From positions 20,381 through 84,380 of the IMG/VR virus record IMGVR_UViG_3300020577_013140: DNA of 64,000 nt. One strand, 5' to 3'. The notes below the pieces were generated by a model that did not search any database, was not told the origin of the DNA, and was given only the letters and a program-made list of their open reading frames with translations. A program made the position numbers and the translations under genes. This document shows, in pieces, positions 27,980-36,440 of the stretch (within the stretch, counting starts at the first letter, position 1; each line of letters opens with the position of its first letter). This DNA comes from a virus (lineage: Duplodnaviria; Heunggongvirae; Uroviricota; Caudoviricetes).

Positions 27980-28058
27980 TGGGGTGACCAACGGGACTCG
28001 AACCCGCAACCGACAGCTTCACAAGCTGTGGCTCTACCGATTGAGCTATGGCCACCAT
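27980..28058 (-). tRNA. tRNA-His(GTG) with genomically encoded G-1, C73 and CCA
   Basis: G-GTGGCCA..TGGTCAC-C-CCA; anticodon arm ACAGC-TTGTGAA-GCTGT. Confidence 0.7.
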
Positions 28059-28059
28059 A

Positions 28060-28797
28060 TCAGGGCAAAACGAGCTCTCGTTCCCCTATGGAAAATTTAC
28101 CGTCCGTGAACACGCCGTAATACCTTAAGTAAGTATCAAGGCAGTAGTTTTGGCTCCCATGCACGACGCCTGTGCGTCGGTTGGTATCGTACTTCCAGAC
28201 ATCTCGACGAGGCGTATGACCGAATAACTGGTTCAACCCAGGGGTGGGTAGAAACTCAGACGTGTCACACCAGAGGAGACCTCCGAATGGCGTTCGTCCT
28301 CCACGTGCCGTACCGGCTTCAAAGAACCAGTGCGGACGTTCCTGCCGGAGTTTCATCTGAGCTTGCACAGACTGTCCTTCGAGCCACTCCTTCGGTGCCG
28401 CCCGGAAAGAAGCAGGGATATGGGAAGTCGTTACGCCAGCGTGTGTGCATAGCCAGTCTTCTTCCCAGTGAACGAATTCAAATCGGTCCCAATGTTTTTG
28501 AGTAACGAGATCTCGAATGGCTTCGCATTTAGCTGTCGTATAGCCGGAGCAACGGGTGTGGCGACTTGGAAAGGCGTAGTGCACGTCGTGGTTGCCCCAG
28601 ATGAATACGTCTTCCGGATGAAGGCGCATCCGGCGGATCAACCAGGTGGCCGTATGCTGCGACAGCTCTTCATCATCATGGAAATCGTCAAACCAGTCAC
28701 CGAGAAAGACTACTTTGTCTGGTAACTCTTTTAGAAGAATCTCTTCAACCGCAATGGTGTTATGATGGATATCCGGAATGATGACGGTCTTTTTCAT
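28060..28797 (-). CDS. Calcineurin-like metallophosphoesterase
   Basis: IPDIHHN, GDWFDDFHDD and GNHD motifs; start at MKKTVII to avoid tRNA-Val. Confidence 0.65.
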   Translation of the reverse strand: MKKTVIIPDIHHNTIAVEEILLKELPDKVVFLGDWFDDFHDDEELSQHTATWLIRRMRLHPEDVFIWGNHDVHYAFPSRHTRCSGYTTAKCEAIRDLVTQKHWDRFEFVHWEEDWLCTHAGVTTSHIPASFRAAPKEWLEGQSVQAQMKLRQERPHWFFEAGTARGGRTPFGGLLWCDTSEFLPTPGLNQLFGHTPRRDVWKYDTNRRTGVVHGSQNYCLDTYLRYYGVFTDGKFSIGERELVLP

Positions 28798-28803
28798 CGA
28801 AAA

Positions 28804-28878
28804 TGGTGGGCGCTGCAGGGATTGAACCTGCGACATGCTGTGTGTAAGACAGCTGCTCTACCGCTGAGCTAAGCGCCC
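28804..28878 (-). tRNA. tRNA-Val(TAC), CCA encoded
   Basis: Anticodon arm GCTGT-CTTACAC-ACAGC. Confidence 0.7.
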
Positions 28879-28914
28879 GAAATTGATTTGCTGGGTTGCC
28901 CCAGCGGCCGATGG

Positions 28915-29460
28915 CTACGACCCGTGGTGGTCGATCGGCTTCCAGTTTTTCTTTGCCATGTATATCGCGACCTCATCAAAGGTGACAGGGCGATATCCGT
29001 GAACGTCCACGCCAACGTCGATTGACCGAGCATTGGGGTCGTCCGGCAAAGAGCCATGGGAATGGCCGTACAGTTGCCAGGTGCCGTGGTGTGACTTGTT
29101 CCACACTCTCATGGCATAGTGGCTTAATATAATCCGTTGTCCTTCGACGTCTACCTCTGCTTCAGCTGGAAGAAAGGTAACCTTGTGATCCCACCGTCGT
29201 TCCTGACGGACGCGCTTCATTTCTTTGTCGTGATTTCCCATGACGAAGAAGATGTGTCCATTCAGTCTGGAGAGATATCTTTCTGAGGGGGCGAAGGAGA
29301 AATCCCCCAAGTGATACACGGTTTCCTCCGGTCCAACAACTGCGTTCCAGTTTTGGATCAGTGATTCATCCATGTCGTAAACGCTCTTAAAAGGGCGGTT
29401 ACAATACCGAATAATATTTGCGTGGCCGAAATGTGTATCGGCCGTGAAGTATGTGTTCAT
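28915..29460 (-). CDS. Metallophosphoesterase (lambda-phosphatase / YfcE-like)
   Basis: ADTHFGH, GDFSF and GNHDKE motifs. Confidence 0.65.
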   Translation of the reverse strand: MNTYFTADTHFGHANIIRYCNRPFKSVYDMDESLIQNWNAVVGPEETVYHLGDFSFAPSERYLSRLNGHIFFVMGNHDKEMKRVRQERRWDHKVTFLPAEAEVDVEGQRIILSHYAMRVWNKSHHGTWQLYGHSHGSLPDDPNARSIDVGVDVHGYRPVTFDEVAIYMAKKNWKPIDHHGS

Positions 29461-29514
29461 TAAAACTAGAAGAGCCGCCTAGTCTCCCAGGCGGCTCCGC
29501 ACCGATTGGTGCTA

Positions 29515-30039
29515 TTAGAAGGTCCAGCGCAGTCCGGCTCGTACGAGCGACTCGCCACCATTGTTGAGGTAGTCGCGCCAGCGGTATTGGACGTCCGTGA
29601 ACGTTCCGACGTGCTGCGTAAAGCGGTACTCAACTCCTCCACCGGCGTAATAAAATCGATCGTTTTGATGGTCAAAGTCAAATCCGATTCCACCAAGCAC
29701 ATAAGGCGCAAAGCCAGTGTCCTTGATAGGTAGTCGAACGACCGGGCCGATCGAAAGATTTTGGAAAAAGCCTCCGTCATCAAAGCGGTCCTTGGACGTC
29801 GCCAATGAGAGGCCGATATTCTTCGTGACGAAGTAATCGGCTTGAAGGCCAGCGCCCCATCGGCCGTCACCGGCCACTTGGCCAGTTGCCTGATAGGTTG
29901 CGAACGTTGATACTGCCAACTCCTTGGCCTGATAAGGCGATACGGAGGCTGTGGTGTTGGTGGCGCCTAGGGCACCAATCGCAAACGCGAACATTGCGAT
30001 CAACGCGAAGAACAGGGTCTTGAGTTTATTGAACTTCAT
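29515..30039 (-). CDS. Outer-membrane beta-barrel protein (OmpA/OmpW-like)
   Basis: Signal peptide, alternating amphipathic strands, C-terminal ...RAGLRWTF with terminal Phe. Confidence 0.55.
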   Translation of the reverse strand: MKFNKLKTLFFALIAMFAFAIGALGATNTTASVSPYQAKELAVSTFATYQATGQVAGDGRWGAGLQADYFVTKNIGLSLATSKDRFDDGGFFQNLSIGPVVRLPIKDTGFAPYVLGGIGFDFDHQNDRFYYAGGGVEYRFTQHVGTFTDVQYRWRDYLNNGGESLVRAGLRWTF

Positions 30040-30053
30040 GTGTTTACTGTCTG

Positions 30054-30341
30054 TTATGGTTTTTCTGAGACTGGCCCGATGGTAAACTCCACCCCGAGAT
30101 TACTCTCGTTGCAAAGCGCTTCGAGCCTCTTGAGGCGTGCTTGCGCGGCCTCAAGACGGGTTATCGCCTCTACCGTATTCTGTTGCACAGCGGCGCAATC
30201 CCCTTGCGCTGCCTGCAGCTCTTGTTGGAACACGCCGAGGGCGTGAACAGCTTCGCCAATATGATTCTGCTGCCCTTCATACACTCGTTGTAGAGCCTTC
30301 AGGTCTTCCACCACACTAGCTAACGTCACGACTTTTTGCAT
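30054..30341 (-). CDS. coiled-coil hypothetical protein
   Basis: Start at MQKVVTL (ATG 30341) because tRNAs occupy 30356..30570. Confidence 0.4.
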   Translation of the reverse strand: MQKVVTLASVVEDLKALQRVYEGQQNHIGEAVHALGVFQQELQAAQGDCAAVQQNTVEAITRLEAAQARLKRLEALCNESNLGVEFTIGPVSEKP

Positions 30342-30355
30342 AGTTCCCCCAAATT

Positions 30356-30433
30356 TGGTGCACATGGCAGGATTCGAACCTGCAACCCTCAGCTCCGTAG
30401 GCTGATGCTCTGATCCAATTGAGCTACACGTGC
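30356..30433 (-). tRNA. tRNA-Arg(ACG), CCA encoded
   Basis: Anticodon arm TCAGC-CTACGGA-GCTGA. Confidence 0.7.
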
Positions 30434-30495
30434 GAAAGTTTCCTAATTGTCTATGAGGGATGCACGGAAAGCAAGAGCCAATTACTGACAACAAA

Positions 30496-30570
30496 TGGCC
30501 CCGGAGGTCGGTATCGAGCCGACGTCTCGGCTTTTTCAGAGCCGCGCTAATCCACCTCAGCTACTCCGGG
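30496..30570 (-). tRNA. tRNA-Phe(GAA), CCA encoded
   Basis: Anticodon arm CGGCT-CTGAAAA-AGCCG, T-arm GTCGG-CTCGATA-CCGAC. Confidence 0.6.
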
Positions 30571-30620
30571 GAAAGAAAAAAGCCCCTCTTTCAAGGGGCC
30601 CGTGAAACCAATCAACTGCC

Positions 30621-31121
30621 TTACAGCCAGGCGAGTTGCACCGTCACTACGCCACCGGCTACTGAAGTCGGTGTACCTGTGAGCTTGACGGCAAGACGAT
30701 CACCTGCTGCCAGCGTAAGCGTGGCCGCCGTGGTCGAAAGCGTCGCATTCTGCACCGTGTTGTTCGCACCCTTCAAGTTGAAAGAACCTGACTGATGGAG
30801 TGAGGTACCGGCGCCAGGTGCCTGCGTACCGGTGTCCTTGGTGACAACTGCGGTCACTGCTCCGCCGTCGGTACCGAGAGTCGAGTGGACTTCGCTGATC
30901 GCAACTACCTTACAGGCTTGCGGTGCAACGAAGAAGGTGCCAGTTGCGAAGGTTGCTGGCTGAATGTACGTGGCGACTGGACCGACTGAAAACTCCACCC
31001 AGTCAGTACCGTCGCTCACCTTGGCGGCATTGTTGGTGGTGTCGTAGCGGACTCCACCGCGATTACGACCGGTTGCGGCGGGAAGAGTTGCCGCGTAACG
31101 AATAGAACTTGCATCTGCCAT
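30621..31121 (-). CDS. hypothetical protein (Thr/Ala/Gly-rich, possibly structural)
   Basis: 166-aa ORF. Confidence 0.4.
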   Translation of the reverse strand: MADASSIRYAATLPAATGRNRGGVRYDTTNNAAKVSDGTDWVEFSVGPVATYIQPATFATGTFFVAPQACKVVAISEVHSTLGTDGGAVTAVVTKDTGTQAPGAGTSLHQSGSFNLKGANNTVQNATLSTTAATLTLAAGDRLAVKLTGTPTSVAGGVVTVQLAWL

Positions 31122-31212
31122 AATAAATCCTCTGGTTTGTTGTTAACCTTGGATCATTATGGCAGACGCAATTAAGAGGGTCAATACGGAATATTGTAGC
31201 GGATATACCGCT

Positions 31213-31527
31213 TTACTGCTTCTTGACGGCCTGCAGCATCGAGGCGAACGAGGAGGATAATGCCAGTGCTTGGTCGGAAGAGAATCCCTCGCTGAGCAGC
31301 TCCAGGTAGTACCTGCGCTGGAGTTTGGCCGCGGTGGCGAGGAGGTCAGACTCGAGGACAATAGCCAGAACCCTCTCGGCGGCGCCAATGGCGACCGTGA
31401 CAGGCTTCAGCATCTCGAGAACTGTATCGTTGAACTCCGATTGAAACGACGCCTGCTCTTCAGGAGACAGGGATTGGAATTCCTTCAGGTCCTTACCGGA
31501 CAGGATGGTTTCAGCTTTGATAGGCAT
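31213..31527 (-). CDS. hypothetical helical protein
   Basis: 104-aa ORF. Confidence 0.4.
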   Translation of the reverse strand: MPIKAETILSGKDLKEFQSLSPEEQASFQSEFNDTVLEMLKPVTVAIGAAERVLAIVLESDLLATAAKLQRRYYLELLSEGFSSDQALALSSSFASMLQAVKKQ

Positions 31528-31532
31528 GATTG

Positions 31533-32411
31533 TTACTTGTTGACGTTGAGCATTGGGGTGAGCTTCGAGTCGTAGGGCAGTACCAAGAAGGTAGTATTGG
31601 TAGAATGTGCCAGCCCTTCGATCGCTTTAATATAGTACCATTGCAGATACTCCGGTGTCAGTGATTTGGCGATCTCATTGTTCGCCTTGGCGATACCTTG
31701 AGCTTCTTTCTCCTTGCGTTCGATTTCCTGCCGCTCCTTGTCGATCGTGTAGGTCATCGCTTCGGAAGCCTGCTGTGCGGCGGCCTTCTTCTCCAGGGCT
31801 TCACGGGTGGACGGCGGCGGAATGGCTCCTCGCAGCAACACACGGTCAACGATGATTCCCTTGGGAGCCAACATCGTCTTTACCTCCGCAAAGATCTTGT
31901 CGCTGGCAGCTGCGCGATTGCTGCTGTACAAGTCTTCGTAGGTGTAACCCGCGATGACGTTGCGAGTGGCGCTTCGTTTCGCCGAAGTAACGAGGCTTTC
32001 AAATCCACCAGGGCCGATCTCGTTTACGAATTTGACCAGTGATGCCGTAGAAGGGTCAAGCGCAACCCACGAGCTGGACTCAAGGGTCACAGGAAGACCA
32101 CTGGATGTGGGAGTATCCATGGCTTCCTTGATCTCCGTCAGCTGCACATTCAGCCGGACTCCGGATTGCCACGGTGCGATGATATGAATCCCAGGCTCCA
32201 GTACAGCCCCGGTCGTACGACCGAAGCTCTTCACAACATACCGAGTACCAGCTTCCACCTGCACGGGGCAGCGGAGCGCGAAGAAAAGAACGAACAAGCC
32301 GAGCAACACCAAAACGGCGACGTTGCGGATTGTGCGGAACGTCTGCTGTGCAGCCGCCGCTTGAAGTTGTTGACGTGTGAGGTCAGGCTGACGGTAACCG
32401 TAATTGCTCAT
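31533..32411 (-). CDS. SPFH / band-7 (prohibitin/HflK-like) membrane protein
   Basis: N-terminal TM helix, SPFH core and a C-terminal coiled coil. Confidence 0.7.
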   Translation of the reverse strand: MSNYGYRQPDLTRQQLQAAAAQQTFRTIRNVAVLVLLGLFVLFFALRCPVQVEAGTRYVVKSFGRTTGAVLEPGIHIIAPWQSGVRLNVQLTEIKEAMDTPTSSGLPVTLESSSWVALDPSTASLVKFVNEIGPGGFESLVTSAKRSATRNVIAGYTYEDLYSSNRAAASDKIFAEVKTMLAPKGIIVDRVLLRGAIPPPSTREALEKKAAAQQASEAMTYTIDKERQEIERKEKEAQGIAKANNEIAKSLTPEYLQWYYIKAIEGLAHSTNTTFLVLPYDSKLTPMLNVNK

Positions 32412-32794
32412 CGAATTTGGAACCCACGAAAACCTTGTAGATCTGGCTCTGTGTGCCAGTCCAGTTCAAGTTCTTCTCGGGTAGTTTCCTGCGTTGTTAT
32501 GGTCTCTAGGGCCAGCCGAATAGCTTCGGCTTCTTCTTCCCCTTCGACCTCAATGTAGAACTCTGTCCCTCCCAGGATTGATCGTACCCGGAAGTCTATG
32601 ATGGCAAAGGTTCTTCGGGATCCATACTGTCGAAGAAAGGCAGGAGGCAAAAAGGCTGTCGGCTGGTTGGCCTGGAGTCTGATTGCCTTTTCTGACAGTT
32701 CTTGAAGCGTAGACTCCACAGCGACTACGGCGCCAGGAATGACGTCGTGTTGGCTAAGAAAAGGAGGAAAGTCCTTTTTATCGAATTCACGCAT
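32408..32794 (-). CDS. hypothetical protein
   Basis: 128-aa ORF, overlap-coupled to the SPFH gene. Confidence 0.4.
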   Translation of the reverse strand: MREFDKKDFPPFLSQHDVIPGAVVAVESTLQELSEKAIRLQANQPTAFLPPAFLRQYGSRRTFAIIDFRVRSILGGTEFYIEVEGEEEAEAIRLALETITTQETTREELELDWHTEPDLQGFRGFQIR

Positions 32795-32804
32795 ATACTG
32801 AAGA

Positions 32805-32893
32805 TGGCGGAGACGGTAGGATTCGAACCTACGGCGGTGTGACCCGCGTCCGTTTTCAAAACGGATGCCTTAGACCGGCTCAGCCACGTCTCC
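32805..32893 (-). tRNA. tRNA-Ser(TGA), class II, CCA encoded
   Basis: Acceptor GGAGACG/CGTCTCC, anticodon arm TCCGT-TTTGAAA-ACGGA. Confidence 0.7.
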
Positions 32894-33307
32894 TAAAACT
32901 GTGATTGGAAAATCAGCTATAAGTAGCCTCGATTTAGCGTATTTACTGGGGGTTGTCGCCAACGATACCGTGCACGTGGATTTTACGTCTGCTGCTGGTA
33001 TCCAGCAAACCAAGTCTAATTCGTTTATGTAGACTGCAAGGACGTCACACTCTGTGGGGTCAAAACGAACAATGGTGTTAGTGCTTTTGTTAGGACGTAC
33101 TTTTTTGATTTGAACAGGATATGACCCATCTGAGCCCCTAACATTCGTGCTCTTTACAGAGATGCGAAGAAGCTGAGCACCTTTGGACGCAACCAAGTCA
33201 AATGGTGCTTTTCCAGAGATCTGCGAAAACACGTGATAACGTGCCTTGGTCAGCTCATAGATGGCCCGTGCCTCAGCTTTTGCCGAAAAATATGTCTTGT
33301 CATCCAT
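32870..33307 (-). CDS. hypothetical protein, possible PD-(D/E)XK-like nuclease fold
   Basis: 145-aa ORF with an FDLVA..LLRISVKS pattern; the 3' end overlaps tRNA-Ser. Confidence 0.35.
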   Translation of the reverse strand: MDDKTYFSAKAEARAIYELTKARYHVFSQISGKAPFDLVASKGAQLLRISVKSTNVRGSDGSYPVQIKKVRPNKSTNTIVRFDPTECDVLAVYINELDLVCWIPAADVKSTCTVSLATTPSKYAKSRLLIADFPITVLGDVAEPV

Positions 33308-33427
33308 GCCTTAAGTTTAGTAAACCTGAGGCAGTAATACAATAAAAATTGGCTCTAGTCCTGTGAATCGAACACAGATAAACGAGTTAACAGCTCGCCG
33401 TAATACCGTTATACGAGACTAGAATGA

Positions 33428-33457
33428 AAAAGCCCCGACGTTAATCGGGGCTGAAAG
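33428..33457 (-). terminator. Intrinsic terminator (minus strand) after tRNA-Gln
   Basis: AAAAA-GCCCCGA-CGTTAAT-CGGGGC. Confidence 0.45.
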
Positions 33458-33458
33458 C

Positions 33459-33532
33459 TGGCTGGTCCTCCAGGATTTGAACCTGGACAAGGACAGTCAA
33501 AGTGTCCTGTGCTACCGTTACACCAAAGACCA
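33459..33532 (-). tRNA. tRNA-Gln(TTG), CCA encoded
   Basis: Anticodon arm GGACA-CTTTGAC-TGTCC. Confidence 0.65.
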
Positions 33533-33539
33533 ACGGAAA

Positions 33540-33926
33540 TTAGCTGATAACCTTGACGGTCAGCGTGACCGTAGCGTTCATCGCTTCATGTGAATACCAG
33601 GCATAGGCGTAGCGCGCCTTCTTGACCGTTGGGGCACTCATTACTACACGAGTTTCGCTGGCTGTCGGCGAAAGAAGAACACGAATCTTTTCAGCGGTAG
33701 GACCTACAGCTGCCGGGATGTTTGAACCAATGAGCGACGAGGCCCAACCAACGTAGACATCCACCACGCTTCCATTGCCTGGAGGTGTGGCACCGTTGAC
33801 TGCAGTGACCTCGAGGATCACATCGTTTGCCGTTACGGCATTCAAATCAGTGCTGGCAGCGCCAGCGGCAATTTCAGCGGCCGCAGTGAGGGTCACGCCG
33901 TTCAAGAGTGTAGTCGCGGTATTCAT
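33540..33926 (-). CDS. hypothetical Ala/Thr-rich protein
   Basis: 128-aa ORF. Confidence 0.35.
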   Translation of the reverse strand: MNTATTLLNGVTLTAAAEIAAGAASTDLNAVTANDVILEVTAVNGATPPGNGSVVDVYVGWASSLIGSNIPAAVGPTAEKIRVLLSPTASETRVVMSAPTVKKARYAYAWYSHEAMNATVTLTVKVIS

Positions 33927-33982
33927 GGATATCCAATTGTTCTCCCATAATACTGCAACACCCTATTCTCGGCAATGGAAAA

Positions 33983-34056
33983 TGGCTGCCACTCCCGGAT
34001 TCGAACCAGGACTAAAGGTTCCAGAGACCTCTGTGCTACCGTTACACCAAGCGGCA
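33983..34056 (-). tRNA. tRNA-Gln(CTG), CCA encoded
   Basis: Anticodon arm GAGGT-CTCTGGA-ACCTT. Confidence 0.65.
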
Positions 34057-34149
34057 AAAGGGCGGCGCGTCGGGTATCTAATCCGACACACCCAGCAAAG
34101 ATCGAGGGCTATCCAGCCTACCTCTGCTGTTCCCCAAATAGCTAAAAAA

Positions 34150-34234
34150 GGATGGTGCAGGATTTGAACCTGCGGGGGCTGTTAACCCCGCCTGTTTTCG
34201 AAACAGGAGCCTTCAACCACTCAGCCAACCATCC
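34150..34234 (-). tRNA. tRNA-Ser(CGA), class II
   Basis: Acceptor GGATGGT/ACCATCC, anticodon arm CCTGT-TTCGAAA-ACAGG. Confidence 0.65.
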
Positions 34235-34241
34235 GTGAAAA

Positions 34242-34439
34242 TTAAGCAGCGATAGCACCGTGCAGCCAGCTTCCGTCGTCCCGTAACCGGTCGACGTGGC
34301 GGACGCTATCGTGGAGACAGAGGGCGTAGCTGGTTGGCAGTACATCGCCACCAGCTTCCGCCGTGAAAGAAGGAACATCGCTCTTTTCGAGATCAAGGTC
34401 GACGATGTCCTCGACAACTAGGTTTCGGTATCTTGGCAT
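34242..34439 (-). CDS. hypothetical small protein
   Basis: ORF trimmed to the internal Met because of tRNA-Leu at 34445..34526. Confidence 0.3.
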   Translation of the reverse strand: MPRYRNLVVEDIVDLDLEKSDVPSFTAEAGGDVLPTSYALCLHDSVRHVDRLRDDGSWLHGAIAA

Positions 34440-34444
34440 AAAGT

Positions 34445-34526
34445 GTGCCGGTGACAGGAATCGAACCTGCATGGCTGTTAACCAGCGGATTTTAAGTCCA
34501 CTGTGTCTACCTTTCCACCACACCGG
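34445..34526 (-). tRNA. tRNA-Leu(TAA), class II
   Basis: Anticodon arm GTGGA-CTTAAAA-TCCGC, variable hairpin GCTG-GTTAA-CAGC. Confidence 0.65.
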
Positions 34527-34707
34527 CGAGGTAATGTGAAAGTTCGAACGTTTCTTCTTTAAGCTGTCGAAGAACGGCTCGCGCCTGACCATTGGTCAGG
34601 ATGTCTCCAACAGCAACGCCATCAACGAGCAGCATGAATTCCCCATCGTCGTACCGTGTCAGCTCGACTTTTGGTTTGTACATACTCTCATCATAATGAC
34701 TATCCAT
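34507..34707 (-). CDS. hypothetical small protein
   Basis: 66-aa ORF; the 3' end overlaps tRNA-Leu by about 20 nt. Confidence 0.3.
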   Translation of the reverse strand: MDSHYDESMYKPKVELTRYDDGEFMLLVDGVAVGDILTNGQARAVLRQLKEETFELSHYLAGVVER

Positions 34708-34748
34708 GGCGATGAAGTTCCAATGAGGTTACAGACGTGAAACAAAAA

Positions 34749-34823
34749 TGGTGGTAGTGACAGGGATCGAACCTGTGACCTTCGCCTTATCAAGACGCTG
34801 CTCTACCGCTGAGCTACACTACC
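34749..34823 (-). tRNA. tRNA-Ile(GAT), CCA encoded
   Basis: Anticodon arm GCGTC-TTGATAA-GGCGA. Confidence 0.7.
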
Positions 34824-34827
34824 ATGG

Positions 34828-35240
34828 TGGAGATGCCGGGAGTTGAACCCGGGTCCCATAAACCAACTATCAACCAATGCTACATGCTTAGTTCGTTCAA
34901 ATAAGACCTCATACCCGAATGAACAAAGGAGTGAGGAATTTATCCACTGTGATATGAACGCCGGTACTGTGGACCCTGTGGCGTAAACCCTGAAAAACAC
35001 CGACCCTAAATATCAGGAGTCTCCAGGCGGTGGCTTCACCATGATTAGGCGAAGGCGAGCTGGGCAGGGGCAGGAAGCGCAAAGGCAGCCTTGACCGAAG
35101 CCCAGGCATTCTTGGCAAAACCGACAACTGCATTGATCACGTTATTGGCGTGTTGTTTTGATGGGTGTTGAAAGGGCTAACCATCATCCCTTGCATGCAT
35201 TGAGTATCCGTTTAGTCTAGGTCGAAACCAGTACATCCCC
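34828..35240 (-). ncRNA. ssrA: tmRNA (ssrA)
   Basis: 5' end GGGGATGTACTGGTTTCGACCTAG pairs with 3' end GGTTCAACTCCCGGCATCTCC-ACCA, a tRNA-Ala-like T-arm and acceptor. An internal ORF ends ..AKNAWASVKAAFALPAPAQLAFA* (candidate tag). Confidence 0.6.
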
Positions 35241-35335
35241 ATTAAATTCTTGAAAATAGCTGGACAGGTTCCCTGTGGTTGCTAGAATGAAGGAGTGCAC
35301 CAGTCGTGCACAAAAATTCAACCAAGGAAAAACAA

Positions 35336-35655
35336 TGGCACTTGTACTTACAGACGTACAAAAGGTCTCCCTGTCCGTGGTCTTCACCGATCGAGCCGGC
35401 AATCCGGCGGTCGTGGATGGCGCACCTCGGTGGAGCAGCTCGGATCCTGCGATCGTCGCAGTGACCGCGAGCGAAGATGGTCTCAGCGCTGAGGCCATTG
35501 CTGTTGGTCCTCTTGGCCAGGCACAGGTGAGTGTGGTCGCAGACGCCGATCTCGGCGAAGGCGTCACTGAAATCACCGGCGTGCTCGACATCGAAGTGAA
35601 GCCCTCGGTGGCTGTATTCGCAATTGTCGCGGCCGGAGCACCAGTCGAGAAGTAA
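35336..35655 (+). CDS. Ig-like (BIG2-type) domain protein
   Basis: An aaggaaaaacaATG RBS-like sequence precedes it; beta-rich LSVVFTDRAGNPAVVDG.. Confidence 0.45.
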
Positions 35656-35667
35656 CGACTTCAATTC

Positions 35668-35705
35668 TACACAGGCAGCAGGTTACGACTTGCTGCCTCT
35701 TTTTT
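35668..35705 (+). terminator. Intrinsic terminator (plus strand)
   Basis: GGCAGCAGG-TTACGAC-TTGCTGCC then TCTTTTTTT. Confidence 0.55.
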
Positions 35706-35777
35706 TAGCCTCCGGTGGGGATCGAACCCACGACCTTCCGCTTACGAAGCGGACGTTCTAACGCTGAACTACGGAGG
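35706..35777 (-). tRNA. tRNA-Thr(CGT)
   Basis: Anticodon arm TCCGC-TTCGTAA-GCGGA. Confidence 0.65.
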
Positions 35778-35781
35778 CAAA

Positions 35782-35868
35782 ATGGTGGGCGTGGGAGGAC
35801 TCGAACCTCCGTAGGCCGTTAGGCCGACGCGTTTACAGCGCGCTGCGATTGCCACTATGCGACACGCC
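35782..35868 (-). tRNA. tRNA-Tyr(GTA), class II, CCA encoded
   Basis: Anticodon arm GCGCG-CTGTAAA-CGCGT, long variable arm. Confidence 0.65.
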
Positions 35869-36112
35869 CAAAGTTTAATCTTGTTTGCAAATCCAGTATT
35901 TCGTCTGCGTCTACTTCCCAACCATTCTCACTATACTGATATTCACAACAAGGGAGTAAACGACCGCTGTCGTCTACTTCGTCTGATGCATTACAAGAAC
36001 ACCCACGTGGAACGTGAGTGTCACAAAAATAAGGGTACTCATTTCGAGTATCCGGCAGATACAGCCATCTGGCAATCTGATTGCACCTGCAACAGCGGTG
36101 TTTTTCGTTCAT
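35855..36112 (-). CDS. Cys-rich small protein
   Basis: 85 aa with CCRCN..CDTH..CSCN..CCEY. Confidence 0.35.
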   Translation of the reverse strand: MNEKHRCCRCNQIARWLYLPDTRNEYPYFCDTHVPRGCSCNASDEVDDSGRLLPCCEYQYSENGWEVDADEILDLQTRLNFGRVA

Positions 36113-36262
36113 GAAAAATGGCGGGGACCGAAAGGATTTTCACCTTCCTCTAGCCTTGCGGCGAACCAGGTCATGACTCCTGGACAGCTCTTCCTGTTTC
36201 GATACAGGACAGTGGGTGTTCCACAGCCCGGATCCCCAATGAATAATGAAAGTGGTCGGAGT

Positions 36263-36338
36263 GACAGGGCTCGAACCTGCAACCTCATGCTCCCAAAGCA
36301 CGTGCGCTACCAATTGCGCTACACTCCGATGAACCGCC
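36263..36338 (-). tRNA. tRNA-Pro(TGG), CCA encoded
   Basis: Anticodon arm CGTGC-TTTGGGA-GCATG. Confidence 0.65.
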
Positions 36339-36440
36339 AGCAATGGATTTCTTTTCTTACGTGTCCCACCAATTTTTATTGGGACGACCGGTGATGAGCC
36401 GGGGAGACGCCATTGCCAGCAGAAAGACTATAGAAAACGA

